Assembly: GCA_030835925.1 (NCBI GenBank)
Contig: JAURQW010000012.1
Location: 3,500-67,499 of the forward strand
Reading direction: 5' to 3'
DNA: 64,000 nucleotides
Origin: Gammaproteobacteria bacterium
GTDB taxonomy: Bacteria; Pseudomonadota; Gammaproteobacteria; GCA-002705445; GCA-002716945
The position numbers and the translations under genes are program-made. Under the pieces are notes generated by a model. That model was given only the letters and a program-made list of their open reading frames with translations, did not search any database and was not told the origin of the DNA. Positions 44,449-53,360 of the stretch are shown here, in pieces; the first letter of the stretch is position 1, and the number at the start of each line of letters is the position of its first letter.

Positions 44449-47266
44449 ACTAAAAATATCATATTCATATTTAATTGGTGATCTTTTGCATTATGGACAT
44501 CTTGAATTACTTAAAAAAGCAAAAGCAAAATGCGACTTACATATATGTGGAATAATATCTGATAAAGCTGCTAATGAATGGCAGTCACCTTTAATATGTA
44601 ATTATATAGAGCGAAGTAGCGTTATACAGCAAATAAGATATGTTGACAAGATTATGCAACAAGATTCCTTAGATCCATCTAGTAATCTTAAAAAAATAAT
44701 AAAAAAATATCCTCAGGCTACAATTTATTTTTTTCCGATGTATCAAAAATGGAATTTTCTACCTGGAACTAAAATAGTTAATGAGATTGGAGGAAAAATT
44801 ATTAAACCAGGTTTTTATAATAAACTTTCTCGTAGTAACATCAGAAGAGCCTTCAAAGAATCACCGAAAGTTAGCAAGATTACACATTCATTAAATAATC
44901 AAGTAAATTATAACCATGCATTTGATATAAATACGACTAAAGCTGAAACATTAAAAAATCTATCTAATCAATTAAAGAAATCATACATAGAAAAACTATT
45001 CACATTTAATATAAAAGAGTGGAGAGGTTCATCTGATAAAATCATTAAAAAATCACAGGAAATATTTGGTACAAAGAAAGTAGTGGTTAGGAGCTCATCA
45101 TTGTCTGAGGATATGATGAGTACTTCTGGTGCTGGGTTATATCATTCAGAACTTAATGTAGATAACTCTGATAGAAAGCAGTTAAAGCATTCAATAAACA
45201 AAGTGAAGCAGAGTTACAATAAAGGCAAAAAGGATCAATTTGATCAGATTATTATACAAGAACAATCTAATGATGTGATTATTAGCGGTGTATGTCTGAC
45301 ACGTAATCTTAAGAATAACTCTCCGTACTACATTATTAATTTTGATGATAAATCTATGCAAACAGATACTGTAACTGGTGGTCTAGTTGGTGATAAGGTA
45401 GAAATAATAAGAAATATTGAGATTAAAAGTATTCCATCTAAATGGAAAAACTTGATTATTTCTATAAGAGAAATAGAAGATCTTCTCCCCAATCTAGCTC
45501 TAGATATAGAGTTTGCGATCAACAAGAAAAAACAAATAATTATTTTTCAGGTAAGACCATTAGCCGCTAACTCAAAATACCCTGAGCATAATGATTTAAA
45601 AATATTTGATAACCATAAAAAAATCAAAAATATATATAAAAAGGAAATAAATCACCTCGGTGATGGTGAAGTCATATTGAGTGATATGGGTTTCTGGAAC
45701 CCTGCAGAGCTTATCGGAGATAGGCCTTTACCGTTAGGTGAATCATTGTTTAACAAGATTCTGATGGATGATGTATGGAATTCATCACTACTATCTCTTG
45801 GGTATAGTAAATCTGAAGGCTCTCTTAGTACAAAGATAGGAAATAAGCCTTATATTAATTTAAAAAAGTCTTTTGAAACATTAACCCCAAAAGATATTCC
45901 TAATTCTCTAAAAGATAAGCTAATCAAGTATTATAATAAAAAACTTAAGAGTTATCCTCAATATCATGATAAGTTAGAATTTGAGGTTGTGCTAAGTTCT
46001 TTCAATATGAATACTGATAACTCAATGGATGAGTTATTACAAAATAATTTTAATATTGATGAAATTACTCAAATCCGCAATTCTTTATATAAACTGACCA
46101 AGAATATTTTCAAAGATTATAAAGATATTTTTTCTAATGATACAACTTCAATAAAAAAGCTTGTTAAGAATTTTAAATATATCCCAACAACTAAAGCTAA
46201 TTGGAAGAGAAATCTTTTAACGCTAGTAACATATATAGATCAAATTCGAAAGAATGGTACGCCACAATTCTGTAGAGCAGCAAGATTAACATTTATTGCC
46301 AAAGATTTTATAAAAAGTTTTATTGATCATAATCCTAAATATAAAGAAGACTGTGAATTACTGTTATCAAAAATAAAAACTGTATCGTCTACTATGCAGG
46401 ATGACTTGGCTATGGCAAGTGACACTAAGAAGAAAGCAAGATTCTTTAAAAAGTATGGTCATCTAAGACCTGATACATATAACATTAATAATAAAAGATA
46501 TGATCAGATGAAAAACTTATTATCAAAAAACATAAGGAAAAATATAAAGGATAATAGAAAATCTGTTAATCCTGAATTAGTAAAAGATATTAATATATCT
46601 CTAAAAGAATTAAAACTTAATATCGATTATAAAGGGTTTATAAACTTTCTTGAATCATCTATAAAAAATCGAGAAAAATATAAATTTGAATATAGCAAGG
46701 TTATAAGCGGAATTATAGAAATGATTGCTGATATTGGTAATGTAATCAATATCAACAGACAAGATTTTTCCTACATAGATTATCAGACTCTTAAAATAAT
46801 TTTGAATTCAGATATGGATGTTAGTTCAGCGCATGAATTATGCACATCATTGATAATTTCTAGACGTAATAATCATGAAGTCTTAAATCATATCTCGTTA
46901 CCGTCATTGCTATTTAATCTTCAGGGTCTTACTGTCATAGCTAATCATACAACAGTGCCAAATTTCATTACTGACGAAATAGTTGAATCAAAAGTTATTA
47001 ATATAAAGATGCAAGAAACAACAAACATCACTAATAAAATAGTTGTAATAGATAATGCTGATCCTGGTTATGATTGGATATTCTCATATAAGATAAAAGG
47101 CTTGATAACTTTATATGGTGGGTTAGCGTCGCATATGGCAATTAGGTGTGCTGAATTTAATATACCTGCTGCGATTGGTTGTGGTTCATTAGTTTATGAA
47201 ACAGTAAACACTTCTGAAAAAATATTGCTTGATTGTAAAAATAAAAAAATCAAGAAGATAATATGA
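44441..47266 (+). CDS. Fusion protein: TagD-like cytidylyltransferase domain + PPDK/PEP-synthase-type ATP-grasp + phosphohistidine swivel domain (Cj1418 glutamine-kinase-like)
   Basis: aa 1-~135 carry GDLLHYGHLELLKKAK (HxGH). aa ~165-235 carry TKAETLKNL...VVVRSSSLSEDMMSTSGAGLY (PPDK_N signature). The C-terminus carries DNADPGYDW...LYGGLASHMAIRCAEFNIPAAIGCG (mobile His domain; His codon at 47132-47134). Confidence 0.7.
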   Translation: MTKLKISYSYLIGDLLHYGHLELLKKAKAKCDLHICGIISDKAANEWQSPLICNYIERSSVIQQIRYVDKIMQQDSLDPSSNLKKIIKKYPQATIYFFPMYQKWNFLPGTKIVNEIGGKIIKPGFYNKLSRSNIRRAFKESPKVSKITHSLNNQVNYNHAFDINTTKAETLKNLSNQLKKSYIEKLFTFNIKEWRGSSDKIIKKSQEIFGTKKVVVRSSSLSEDMMSTSGAGLYHSELNVDNSDRKQLKHSINKVKQSYNKGKKDQFDQIIIQEQSNDVIISGVCLTRNLKNNSPYYIINFDDKSMQTDTVTGGLVGDKVEIIRNIEIKSIPSKWKNLIISIREIEDLLPNLALDIEFAINKKKQIIIFQVRPLAANSKYPEHNDLKIFDNHKKIKNIYKKEINHLGDGEVILSDMGFWNPAELIGDRPLPLGESLFNKILMDDVWNSSLLSLGYSKSEGSLSTKIGNKPYINLKKSFETLTPKDIPNSLKDKLIKYYNKKLKSYPQYHDKLEFEVVLSSFNMNTDNSMDELLQNNFNIDEITQIRNSLYKLTKNIFKDYKDIFSNDTTSIKKLVKNFKYIPTTKANWKRNLLTLVTYIDQIRKNGTPQFCRAARLTFIAKDFIKSFIDHNPKYKEDCELLLSKIKTVSSTMQDDLAMASDTKKKARFFKKYGHLRPDTYNINNKRYDQMKNLLSKNIRKNIKDNRKSVNPELVKDINISLKELKLNIDYKGFINFLESSIKNREKYKFEYSKVISGIIEMIADIGNVININRQDFSYIDYQTLKIILNSDMDVSSAHELCTSLIISRRNNHEVLNHISLPSLLFNLQGLTVIANHTTVPNFITDEIVESKVINIKMQETTNITNKIVVIDNADPGYDWIFSYKIKGLITLYGGLASHMAIRCAEFNIPAAIGCGSLVYETVNTSEKILLDCKNKKIKKII

Positions 47267-47931
47267 AAAATATTTTAATAACACAAAGAATTGGCAAAAA
47301 TAAATATGGTGAGTACTACGATTATCTTGAATCTTCATACATAAAGTATCTAAACCAATATGAGATTAATCCAATTATACTTCCTAATAATACAAAAGAT
47401 ATCATTGGTTTTTATAAAAAAAATAGATGTAGTCATATCATATTGACAGGTGGAGATGATATATGTCCATCCCTATATAACAAGAAAGCTGCAAAACTAA
47501 ATAATAATCTTTATCAAAGAGACTTAAATGAGCAAATACTTGTAAAATATTCTGTAGAGAAAAAGATTCCAGTTCTTGGTATTTGCAGAGGCTTCCAAAT
47601 TATAAACGTCTGTTTAGGTGGTAAACTTACAAAAGATATTTGTGAGATTACTAATTCTATTAATAAAAAGAAGCATAAAGTAAATTTTACTAAAGACTTT
47701 GCAAAAAAGATGAAGAGGGAGTCAATTATAGTAAACTCATATCATAACCAAGGCATCACAAAACCGCAACTTGCTACTAATTTAGTACCAGTAGGTTTTT
47801 CAGATGATGGTGAACTAGTAGAAATTTATAATCATGTTAAATTACCAATCATAGGTATTCAATGGCATCCCGAAAGAAAAAACTTCTGTAAAGATTTTGA
47901 TGAGTATATATTTAAATTATTTTTGAAATAA
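47263..47931 (+). CDS. Class-I glutamine-amidotransferase-like gamma-glutamyl hydrolase (peptidase C26; Cj1417-like)
   Basis: Nucleophile elbow PVLGICRGFQIIN and His region GIQWHPE; 222 aa. Confidence 0.75.
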   Translation: MKNILITQRIGKNKYGEYYDYLESSYIKYLNQYEINPIILPNNTKDIIGFYKKNRCSHIILTGGDDICPSLYNKKAAKLNNNLYQRDLNEQILVKYSVEKKIPVLGICRGFQIINVCLGGKLTKDICEITNSINKKKHKVNFTKDFAKKMKRESIIVNSYHNQGITKPQLATNLVPVGFSDDGELVEIYNHVKLPIIGIQWHPERKNFCKDFDEYIFKLFLK

Positions 47932-47932
47932 G

Positions 47933-48694
47933 ATGAAAGCAATTATATTAGCTGCAGGGAAAGGAACTAGATTGGGAAAACTAACCTCAGATAGGCCTAA
48001 AGGTATGCTTGACTTCATGGGCAAAACTTTATTGGAGCATCAAATATCTATATATAGATTAGCTGGATTTACAGATATAACTATTGTACGGGGCTATAAA
48101 AAAAATAAAATTGATTATAAAGATATTAAGTATGTTGATAATGATTTATATGATAAAACGAATATGATTGAGTCATTAATGTGCGCCAGAGATCAAATAA
48201 ATGATGATTGTATAATATCGTACTCAGATATTTTATTTTCTACTAACTTACTAGCATCTCTTATTAAAAACAAAAGCTCAGTAGTCGTCACTGTCGATTC
48301 AGATTGGAAGAAATATTGGAATCACCGTTATGGCTCTTTAACAGAAGATTTAGAAGATCTTCAGATAAAAAATAATAAAGTAATAAAAATTGGACAACCA
48401 GTTACTGAATCAAAGTCGTTAGATTATCGATATGTAGGATTAAATAAATTTACATTAGATGGCATGAGAAAAATGCTATCGTTATATGATAAGAAAAAGT
48501 TACTCAAAGAAAAATGGAAATCATCTGGCAATCAATTTAAAAATGGTTATATGACCGATATATTACAAGAAATGATTGATGATAAAATTGAGGTTACACC
48601 ACATTTTACAAAAAATGAATGGCTGGAAATAGATACAGAGAGTGATTATGTTGTTGCAAAAGAATTGTATCTTAACAAGGAGTTTAAGTTTTAA
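47933..48694 (+). CDS. Nucleotidyltransferase (NTP_transferase fold; Cj1416-like cytidylyltransferase candidate)
   Basis: MKAIILAAGKGTRLGKLTSDRPKGML G-loop; 253 aa. Confidence 0.7.
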   Translation: MKAIILAAGKGTRLGKLTSDRPKGMLDFMGKTLLEHQISIYRLAGFTDITIVRGYKKNKIDYKDIKYVDNDLYDKTNMIESLMCARDQINDDCIISYSDILFSTNLLASLIKNKSSVVVTVDSDWKKYWNHRYGSLTEDLEDLQIKNNKVIKIGQPVTESKSLDYRYVGLNKFTLDGMRKMLSLYDKKKLLKEKWKSSGNQFKNGYMTDILQEMIDDKIEVTPHFTKNEWLEIDTESDYVVAKELYLNKEFKF

Positions 48695-48699
48695 ATATT

Positions 48700-49245
48700 A
48701 TGAATGCTAAAAATATTCATTCTTACCCAGTGCTTGATATATCAACTTATCTCGATGAATTCATCAACCAAAGAAAATTGTTTCTCGAAGAGATAAGGCA
48801 TTCGATAGATTCTGATATTAATAATATTAAATATGAAGTAAATAAAGTTATTGATTCCTATATTAGCTTGAATAAATCAAGTTCTTCGATCTTAAACAGA
48901 TTGATTAAACTAATAAATAACTTTGAATCATTAGATGAACACGATATTAAATTGATTATGTATCTTAAAAGATATTTTGAATTGCATAGGGCGCTTTACA
49001 CAGAGTTTGATTCTAAAAAGAAAAAGTTAGATGCTACTTCTCAAAAGAATGATATAAATATGTTATTTACAGTATCATACTTGCTGCAATTAATGTATAC
49101 AAAAACTAATGATTTTAATTATTTAAGTACATCTATAAAGATTAATGAATTTATTCTTACTGACTTCACATTACATGAATTAAAAGACTATCCTCTTGTC
49201 AAGTATCTGATTAATCATGAATTATTAATTTTCGAGAAATTATAA
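48700..49245 (+). CDS. Hypothetical protein (181 aa, predicted helical, no recognisable motif)
   Basis: ORF tightly packed between neighbours (5-nt gap upstream, 1-nt overlap downstream). Confidence 0.4.
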   Translation: MNAKNIHSYPVLDISTYLDEFINQRKLFLEEIRHSIDSDINNIKYEVNKVIDSYISLNKSSSSILNRLIKLINNFESLDEHDIKLIMYLKRYFELHRALYTEFDSKKKKLDATSQKNDINMLFTVSYLLQLMYTKTNDFNYLSTSIKINEFILTDFTLHELKDYPLVKYLINHELLIFEKL

Positions 49246-50012
49246 TGAAAATATCTAATTTTGGTATCATTTTATATCCTTCTACAAGATCTTTAGCATA
49301 CCTTCATATGTTATCTACAAATAATATTCTACCAAAAGAAGCTATAGTGATGGGTAAATGGCCTTTTTTACCAAATGATATTTTACTTGAAGCAAAAAAA
49401 TACTCTTATGCAGAGAAATATTTTTCGCTTAACGATAATCTAGAATTGTTGATTAAACATAAAGATATTAACTTATCTCTAATAGATAGCACTGACATTA
49501 ATAGCCAAGAAATACGCGAAGCCTTAAGCAAAGCTGAGTGTAAAAACTTTATATTCACTGGAGGCGGCATATTAAAAAAAGAAGTTTTGTCGCTAGATAT
49601 AGACTTTATACATGTCCATCCTGGAGATATCAACTATTATCGTGGCAGTACATGCTTTCACTATAGTTATTTAAATAAACAGAGTGTTTCTTGCACAACA
49701 TTCATAATGAGAAAAGAGCTAGATAGGGGAGAAGTTTTAGATATCAGTCATATACATCAGAATATTTTTATAGAAAATGATCAAAGCTTTTTTATCGACT
49801 ATATATATGACCCGTTCATCAGATCCATATCTTTAAAAAAACTTTTTCCTCATCTAGAAAACTTAAAAAAGAAAAAGAAAATAAGAATTAATAAATTTTA
49901 TGGACATGATCATTATGTTATACATCCAGTGCTAAGGAGTCTATTCATAAAAAAGATAAATAATTCTTATAGAATGAATGATAAAAAAGGGATATACATA
50001 ATTGATGCTTAA
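49245..50012 (+). CDS. Formyltransferase-fold protein (Fmt/PurN N-domain-like; sugar N-formyl/acyl transferase candidate)
   Basis: FIHVHPGDINYYRGSTCFHYSYLNKQSVSCTTFIMRKELDRGEVL parallels the formyltransferase motif (N)xHPSLLPxYRG...G.T.H.....D.G.I. Confidence 0.45.
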   Translation: MKISNFGIILYPSTRSLAYLHMLSTNNILPKEAIVMGKWPFLPNDILLEAKKYSYAEKYFSLNDNLELLIKHKDINLSLIDSTDINSQEIREALSKAECKNFIFTGGGILKKEVLSLDIDFIHVHPGDINYYRGSTCFHYSYLNKQSVSCTTFIMRKELDRGEVLDISHIHQNIFIENDQSFFIDYIYDPFIRSISLKKLFPHLENLKKKKKIRINKFYGHDHYVIHPVLRSLFIKKINNSYRMNDKKGIYIIDA

Positions 50013-51183
50013 ATACCTTTATATAATGCTTAGATTGATCATTGGAACAGTCCTAAGAGGAGCCAAGCTTTTTATTAAACAAAAAAATATAATTATTCTG
50101 AGCTCTATAGATCATTATACTTATAAGACTAATACAAGATACTTATTTGAATATCTTTCAAAGTATTTGACTAACTATGACGTCTATTATGTAACAGAAA
50201 GCATTCAAATAAAGCAATATTTTGAAGAGAATAATCTTAAATATTTAACAAAAAAAAACTTAATAAACTATCTCTGGGTTGCGCTTAGAACAAAAATTGT
50301 TATAAATGCTGGTGATGCTTATTTTAATTTTCTAAATATAATCAATGATGATGTAATTAAAATATGTACCATGCATGGTAATAGCCCTAAGACCACATTA
50401 CCTAAAGGTTATAGAATAAAAAATAGGTACAAAGACTTTGATTATATTTGTTTTAATAATAAATACTGTGCTGAGTTAATTGGAATAAAAAATTTTGGGT
50501 TAGAATCAAAGAAAGTTCTAGTCTTAGGGTCACCGCAATGTGACCAATATTTTAATCAGAATAAAGTAAAAGAGAAAAACTCATATAAAATATGGTCGCG
50601 CAGATTAAATCAAAACTTTTCTGAAAACTCAAAAACAATTTTATATACTCCCACATGGAGACCTTATCAGTATCCAAATCCTATAACTAATATTGATGGT
50701 TTTGACTGGGAAGAATTTAATTCATTTTTGGCGAAACATAATTTTTTTTTCTACTATTCCATTCATGCAATAAGCGAAAATAATAATTATAACTTTAACG
50801 ATACTAATATTAGATATATCAATGAAACCGAAGAACATTTATATGATACAAATAATTTTCTAAATGAAGTGGATTGTCTAGTGAATGATTACTCAAATAC
50901 TAATACAGATTTCTCTATATTAAATAGACCACAATTATATATAATGCCAGATTATGAAGAATATATTAAGAAAAAAGGCTTCACTGAAGATTATTCTATA
51001 TTCATATCTGGGATAAATATATTAGATTTCAACACATTATGTTCATCATTATCAAATGCATTGAATATGCCTGAGTATTTAGCCCAAACGTTACAACCAA
51101 GAAGCAACCTTCTTAATAAATATTCATCTGTTAAAATCAAGGATTCCTGCAAAGAATATAAAAACTTTATAGATACATTATAA
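50005..51183 (+). CDS. CDP-glycerol/alditol-phosphate glycerophosphotransferase-like (TagB/TagF family)
   Basis: TILYTPTWRP matches the TagF-family (L)YAPT(W/F)R motif. The size and position of the motif are appropriate. Confidence 0.5.
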   Translation: MLKYLYIMLRLIIGTVLRGAKLFIKQKNIIILSSIDHYTYKTNTRYLFEYLSKYLTNYDVYYVTESIQIKQYFEENNLKYLTKKNLINYLWVALRTKIVINAGDAYFNFLNIINDDVIKICTMHGNSPKTTLPKGYRIKNRYKDFDYICFNNKYCAELIGIKNFGLESKKVLVLGSPQCDQYFNQNKVKEKNSYKIWSRRLNQNFSENSKTILYTPTWRPYQYPNPITNIDGFDWEEFNSFLAKHNFFFYYSIHAISENNNYNFNDTNIRYINETEEHLYDTNNFLNEVDCLVNDYSNTNTDFSILNRPQLYIMPDYEEYIKKKGFTEDYSIFISGINILDFNTLCSSLSNALNMPEYLAQTLQPRSNLLNKYSSVKIKDSCKEYKNFIDTL

Positions 51184-51884
51184 TGGATTTTCAAATAGCT
51201 CTTATGACTTCGATAGAAAATATTCTTAACTTAGAATCGGATTATATACAAATTATATTCACATCCCTTGAGGTATCTTTTACAGCAATTTTAATATCAT
51301 TTATAGTATCTATTCCTATTTCATCAATACTGGCTACAAAAGAATTTTATGGTAAATCTCTTTTAATAGTTTTAGTAAATACCTTGATGGCATTACCGCC
51401 AGTTGTTGTCGGGTTATTGCTATATATAGTTTTTTCAAGCCAAGGTATTCTTGGTTCATATGATCTTTTGTATACAGTAAATGCAATGATTATAGCTCAA
51501 ACAATTCTTATTACTCCAATCTTAATTAGCTTATCGCAAGTAACATTAACGAGATATTATCACAAATACAATGATCTTTTATTATCAATGCATGCATCTT
51601 ATACTAAAAGAGTATTTACTTTAGTTTGGGAAGCAAAGTATGCTTTAACAATTAATCTTTTGGTTGGTTTTGGCAGAGCATTGTCTGAAGTAGGAGCAAT
51701 AATAATTGTTGGGGGAAATATTGCACATTTGACACGTACGATGACTACAGGTATAGTCCTGGAAACATCTAGAGGTGATCTTGCTAATGCAATAAGCCTT
51801 GGTATTACATTAATTACAATAGCTTTGTTTGTTAATATAATTCTCCATTCTCTTAAAGTATATGGAGAAAAAAACCTTGTCTAA
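51183..51884 (+). CDS. ABC transporter permease, oxyanion (tungstate TupB-like) type
   Basis: About 5-6 TM helices with the binding-protein-dependent permease loop (FGRALSEVGAIIIVGGNI). Confidence 0.6.
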   Translation: MDFQIALMTSIENILNLESDYIQIIFTSLEVSFTAILISFIVSIPISSILATKEFYGKSLLIVLVNTLMALPPVVVGLLLYIVFSSQGILGSYDLLYTVNAMIIAQTILITPILISLSQVTLTRYYHKYNDLLLSMHASYTKRVFTLVWEAKYALTINLLVGFGRALSEVGAIIIVGGNIAHLTRTMTTGIVLETSRGDLANAISLGITLITIALFVNIILHSLKVYGEKNLV

Positions 51885-52497
51885 AATTATTATTCAACTT
51901 AATGATATATGTAAGAAAATAGCTGATAGACATGTGCTTAAAAATATTAATCTAGATATTTATGATAAAGATATAACTGTCATAACAGGTCATAATGGAG
52001 CAGGGAAGTCAACTTTACTTAAAATACTTGCTGGATTATCTAAAGAGACAAGCGGGGTATTGAAATATCATAATGAAGGTTTAATAAAATCATCAGGATT
52101 TATTTTTCAAAAACCAATATTTTTAAATAGATCTGTAAAGGATAACCTATTGCATGCGTTATCCTGTATTGGAAAAAGTTATGCTTATTCTGAAAAAATA
52201 ATTTCGAAGTATTTAGCATATTACAATCTAACCTATCTTGCAGATATACCAGCTATTAAATTATCGTCTGGAGAACAACAATTATTATCATTTATACGAT
52301 CAATATCATTAAACCCAGAAATATTATTTTTGGATGAACCTACAAGTAATTTGGATATAAATTATTCAAGTATTATTAATGAAGAAATTTTAAAACTGTC
52401 AAATACTATTAAAATTATTATAGTTAGCCAATCTATTGATCAAATCAAGAAGTTTACAAACAGTCCGGTAATAATGGAAGGAGGTAAAATTATATGA
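51862..52497 (+). CDS. ABC transporter ATP-binding protein (TupC-like)
   Basis: Walker A GHNGAGKSTLL, signature LSSGEQQLL and Walker B LFLDEPTSNLD. Confidence 0.75.
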   Translation: MEKKTLSKIIIQLNDICKKIADRHVLKNINLDIYDKDITVITGHNGAGKSTLLKILAGLSKETSGVLKYHNEGLIKSSGFIFQKPIFLNRSVKDNLLHALSCIGKSYAYSEKIISKYLAYYNLTYLADIPAIKLSSGEQQLLSFIRSISLNPEILFLDEPTSNLDINYSSIINEEILKLSNTIKIIIVSQSIDQIKKFTNSPVIMEGGKII

Positions 52498-53309
52498 AAA
52501 TACTTCTTATTTTTATGCTTATGCTATCCAATGTATCTTATGGTTCAGACTTAAATGCCATAAAATTACTCTCAACAACATCTACAAGAGATTCTGGATT
52601 ACTAGAATACTTATTACCTTTTTTTCAAAGCAAATATAATATACAAGTTCAAGTGATCGCTTTAGGAACTGGTCAAGCACTTCAAGCAGCTAAAAGTTGT
52701 AATGGTGATATATTATTAACTCATGCCTTAGAACTCGAAAATAAATTCATACTAGATGGATATGGCATCTCTAGAGATGATCTTATGTATAATGATTTTG
52801 TCATCATTGGTCCAGATAATGACCCGGCTGATATTCAGTCATTGAAGAATGCCTCTGATGTATTTAGGAAGATTTCAACTTCTAGTAATTTATTTATATC
52901 TAGAGGTGATGGGAGCGGAACTAATATTTCAGAAAACAATATTTGGGCTCTTATAAAGATTAATCCAATAGACTTCAGTGGACAGTGGTATCTTGAGGCA
53001 GGTCAAGGGATGGGTTCTACTATAAATATCGCCATTGGAAAGAATGCATATACATATACTGATCGTGCCACATGGCTAAATTTCAAAAATAAAGCTAACC
53101 ATTCAATTTTATTTGAAGGAGACCCCATAATGTTTAATCAATATGGCCTTGTTAGGCTAGACCCTGATAGATGTGTTAATGCAAACAATAGAAACATTGA
53201 TTTGTTTTATGGCTGGATTATTTCAAAAGAAGCACAGTTTCTTATAGGTGAATATATGCTTAACGGGACCAAGTTATTTATACCTAATTATCATAAATAT
53301 GATGATTAA
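52494..53309 (+). CDS. Periplasmic substrate-binding protein, tungstate TupA-like
   Basis: A signal peptide followed by LLSTTSTRDSGLLEYLLP..VIALGTGQAL, resembling the TupA N-terminal T-T-T-S anion-binding region as I recall it. Confidence 0.55.
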   Translation: MKILLIFMLMLSNVSYGSDLNAIKLLSTTSTRDSGLLEYLLPFFQSKYNIQVQVIALGTGQALQAAKSCNGDILLTHALELENKFILDGYGISRDDLMYNDFVIIGPDNDPADIQSLKNASDVFRKISTSSNLFISRGDGSGTNISENNIWALIKINPIDFSGQWYLEAGQGMGSTINIAIGKNAYTYTDRATWLNFKNKANHSILFEGDPIMFNQYGLVRLDPDRCVNANNRNIDLFYGWIISKEAQFLIGEYMLNGTKLFIPNYHKYDD

Positions 53310-53360
53310 GAATTATATTAACATTAATTATAGACATAATATATATTATACGAACATATA

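Noticed and set aside
50742-50750. T9 homopolymer in the TagF-like gene (also A9 at 5668-5676 and A8 near 7512) as slipped-strand phase-variation switches
   Set aside because: A/T runs of this length are common in such AT-rich DNA and encode ordinary Phe/Lys runs. Without population length-variation data there is no evidence for phase variation.
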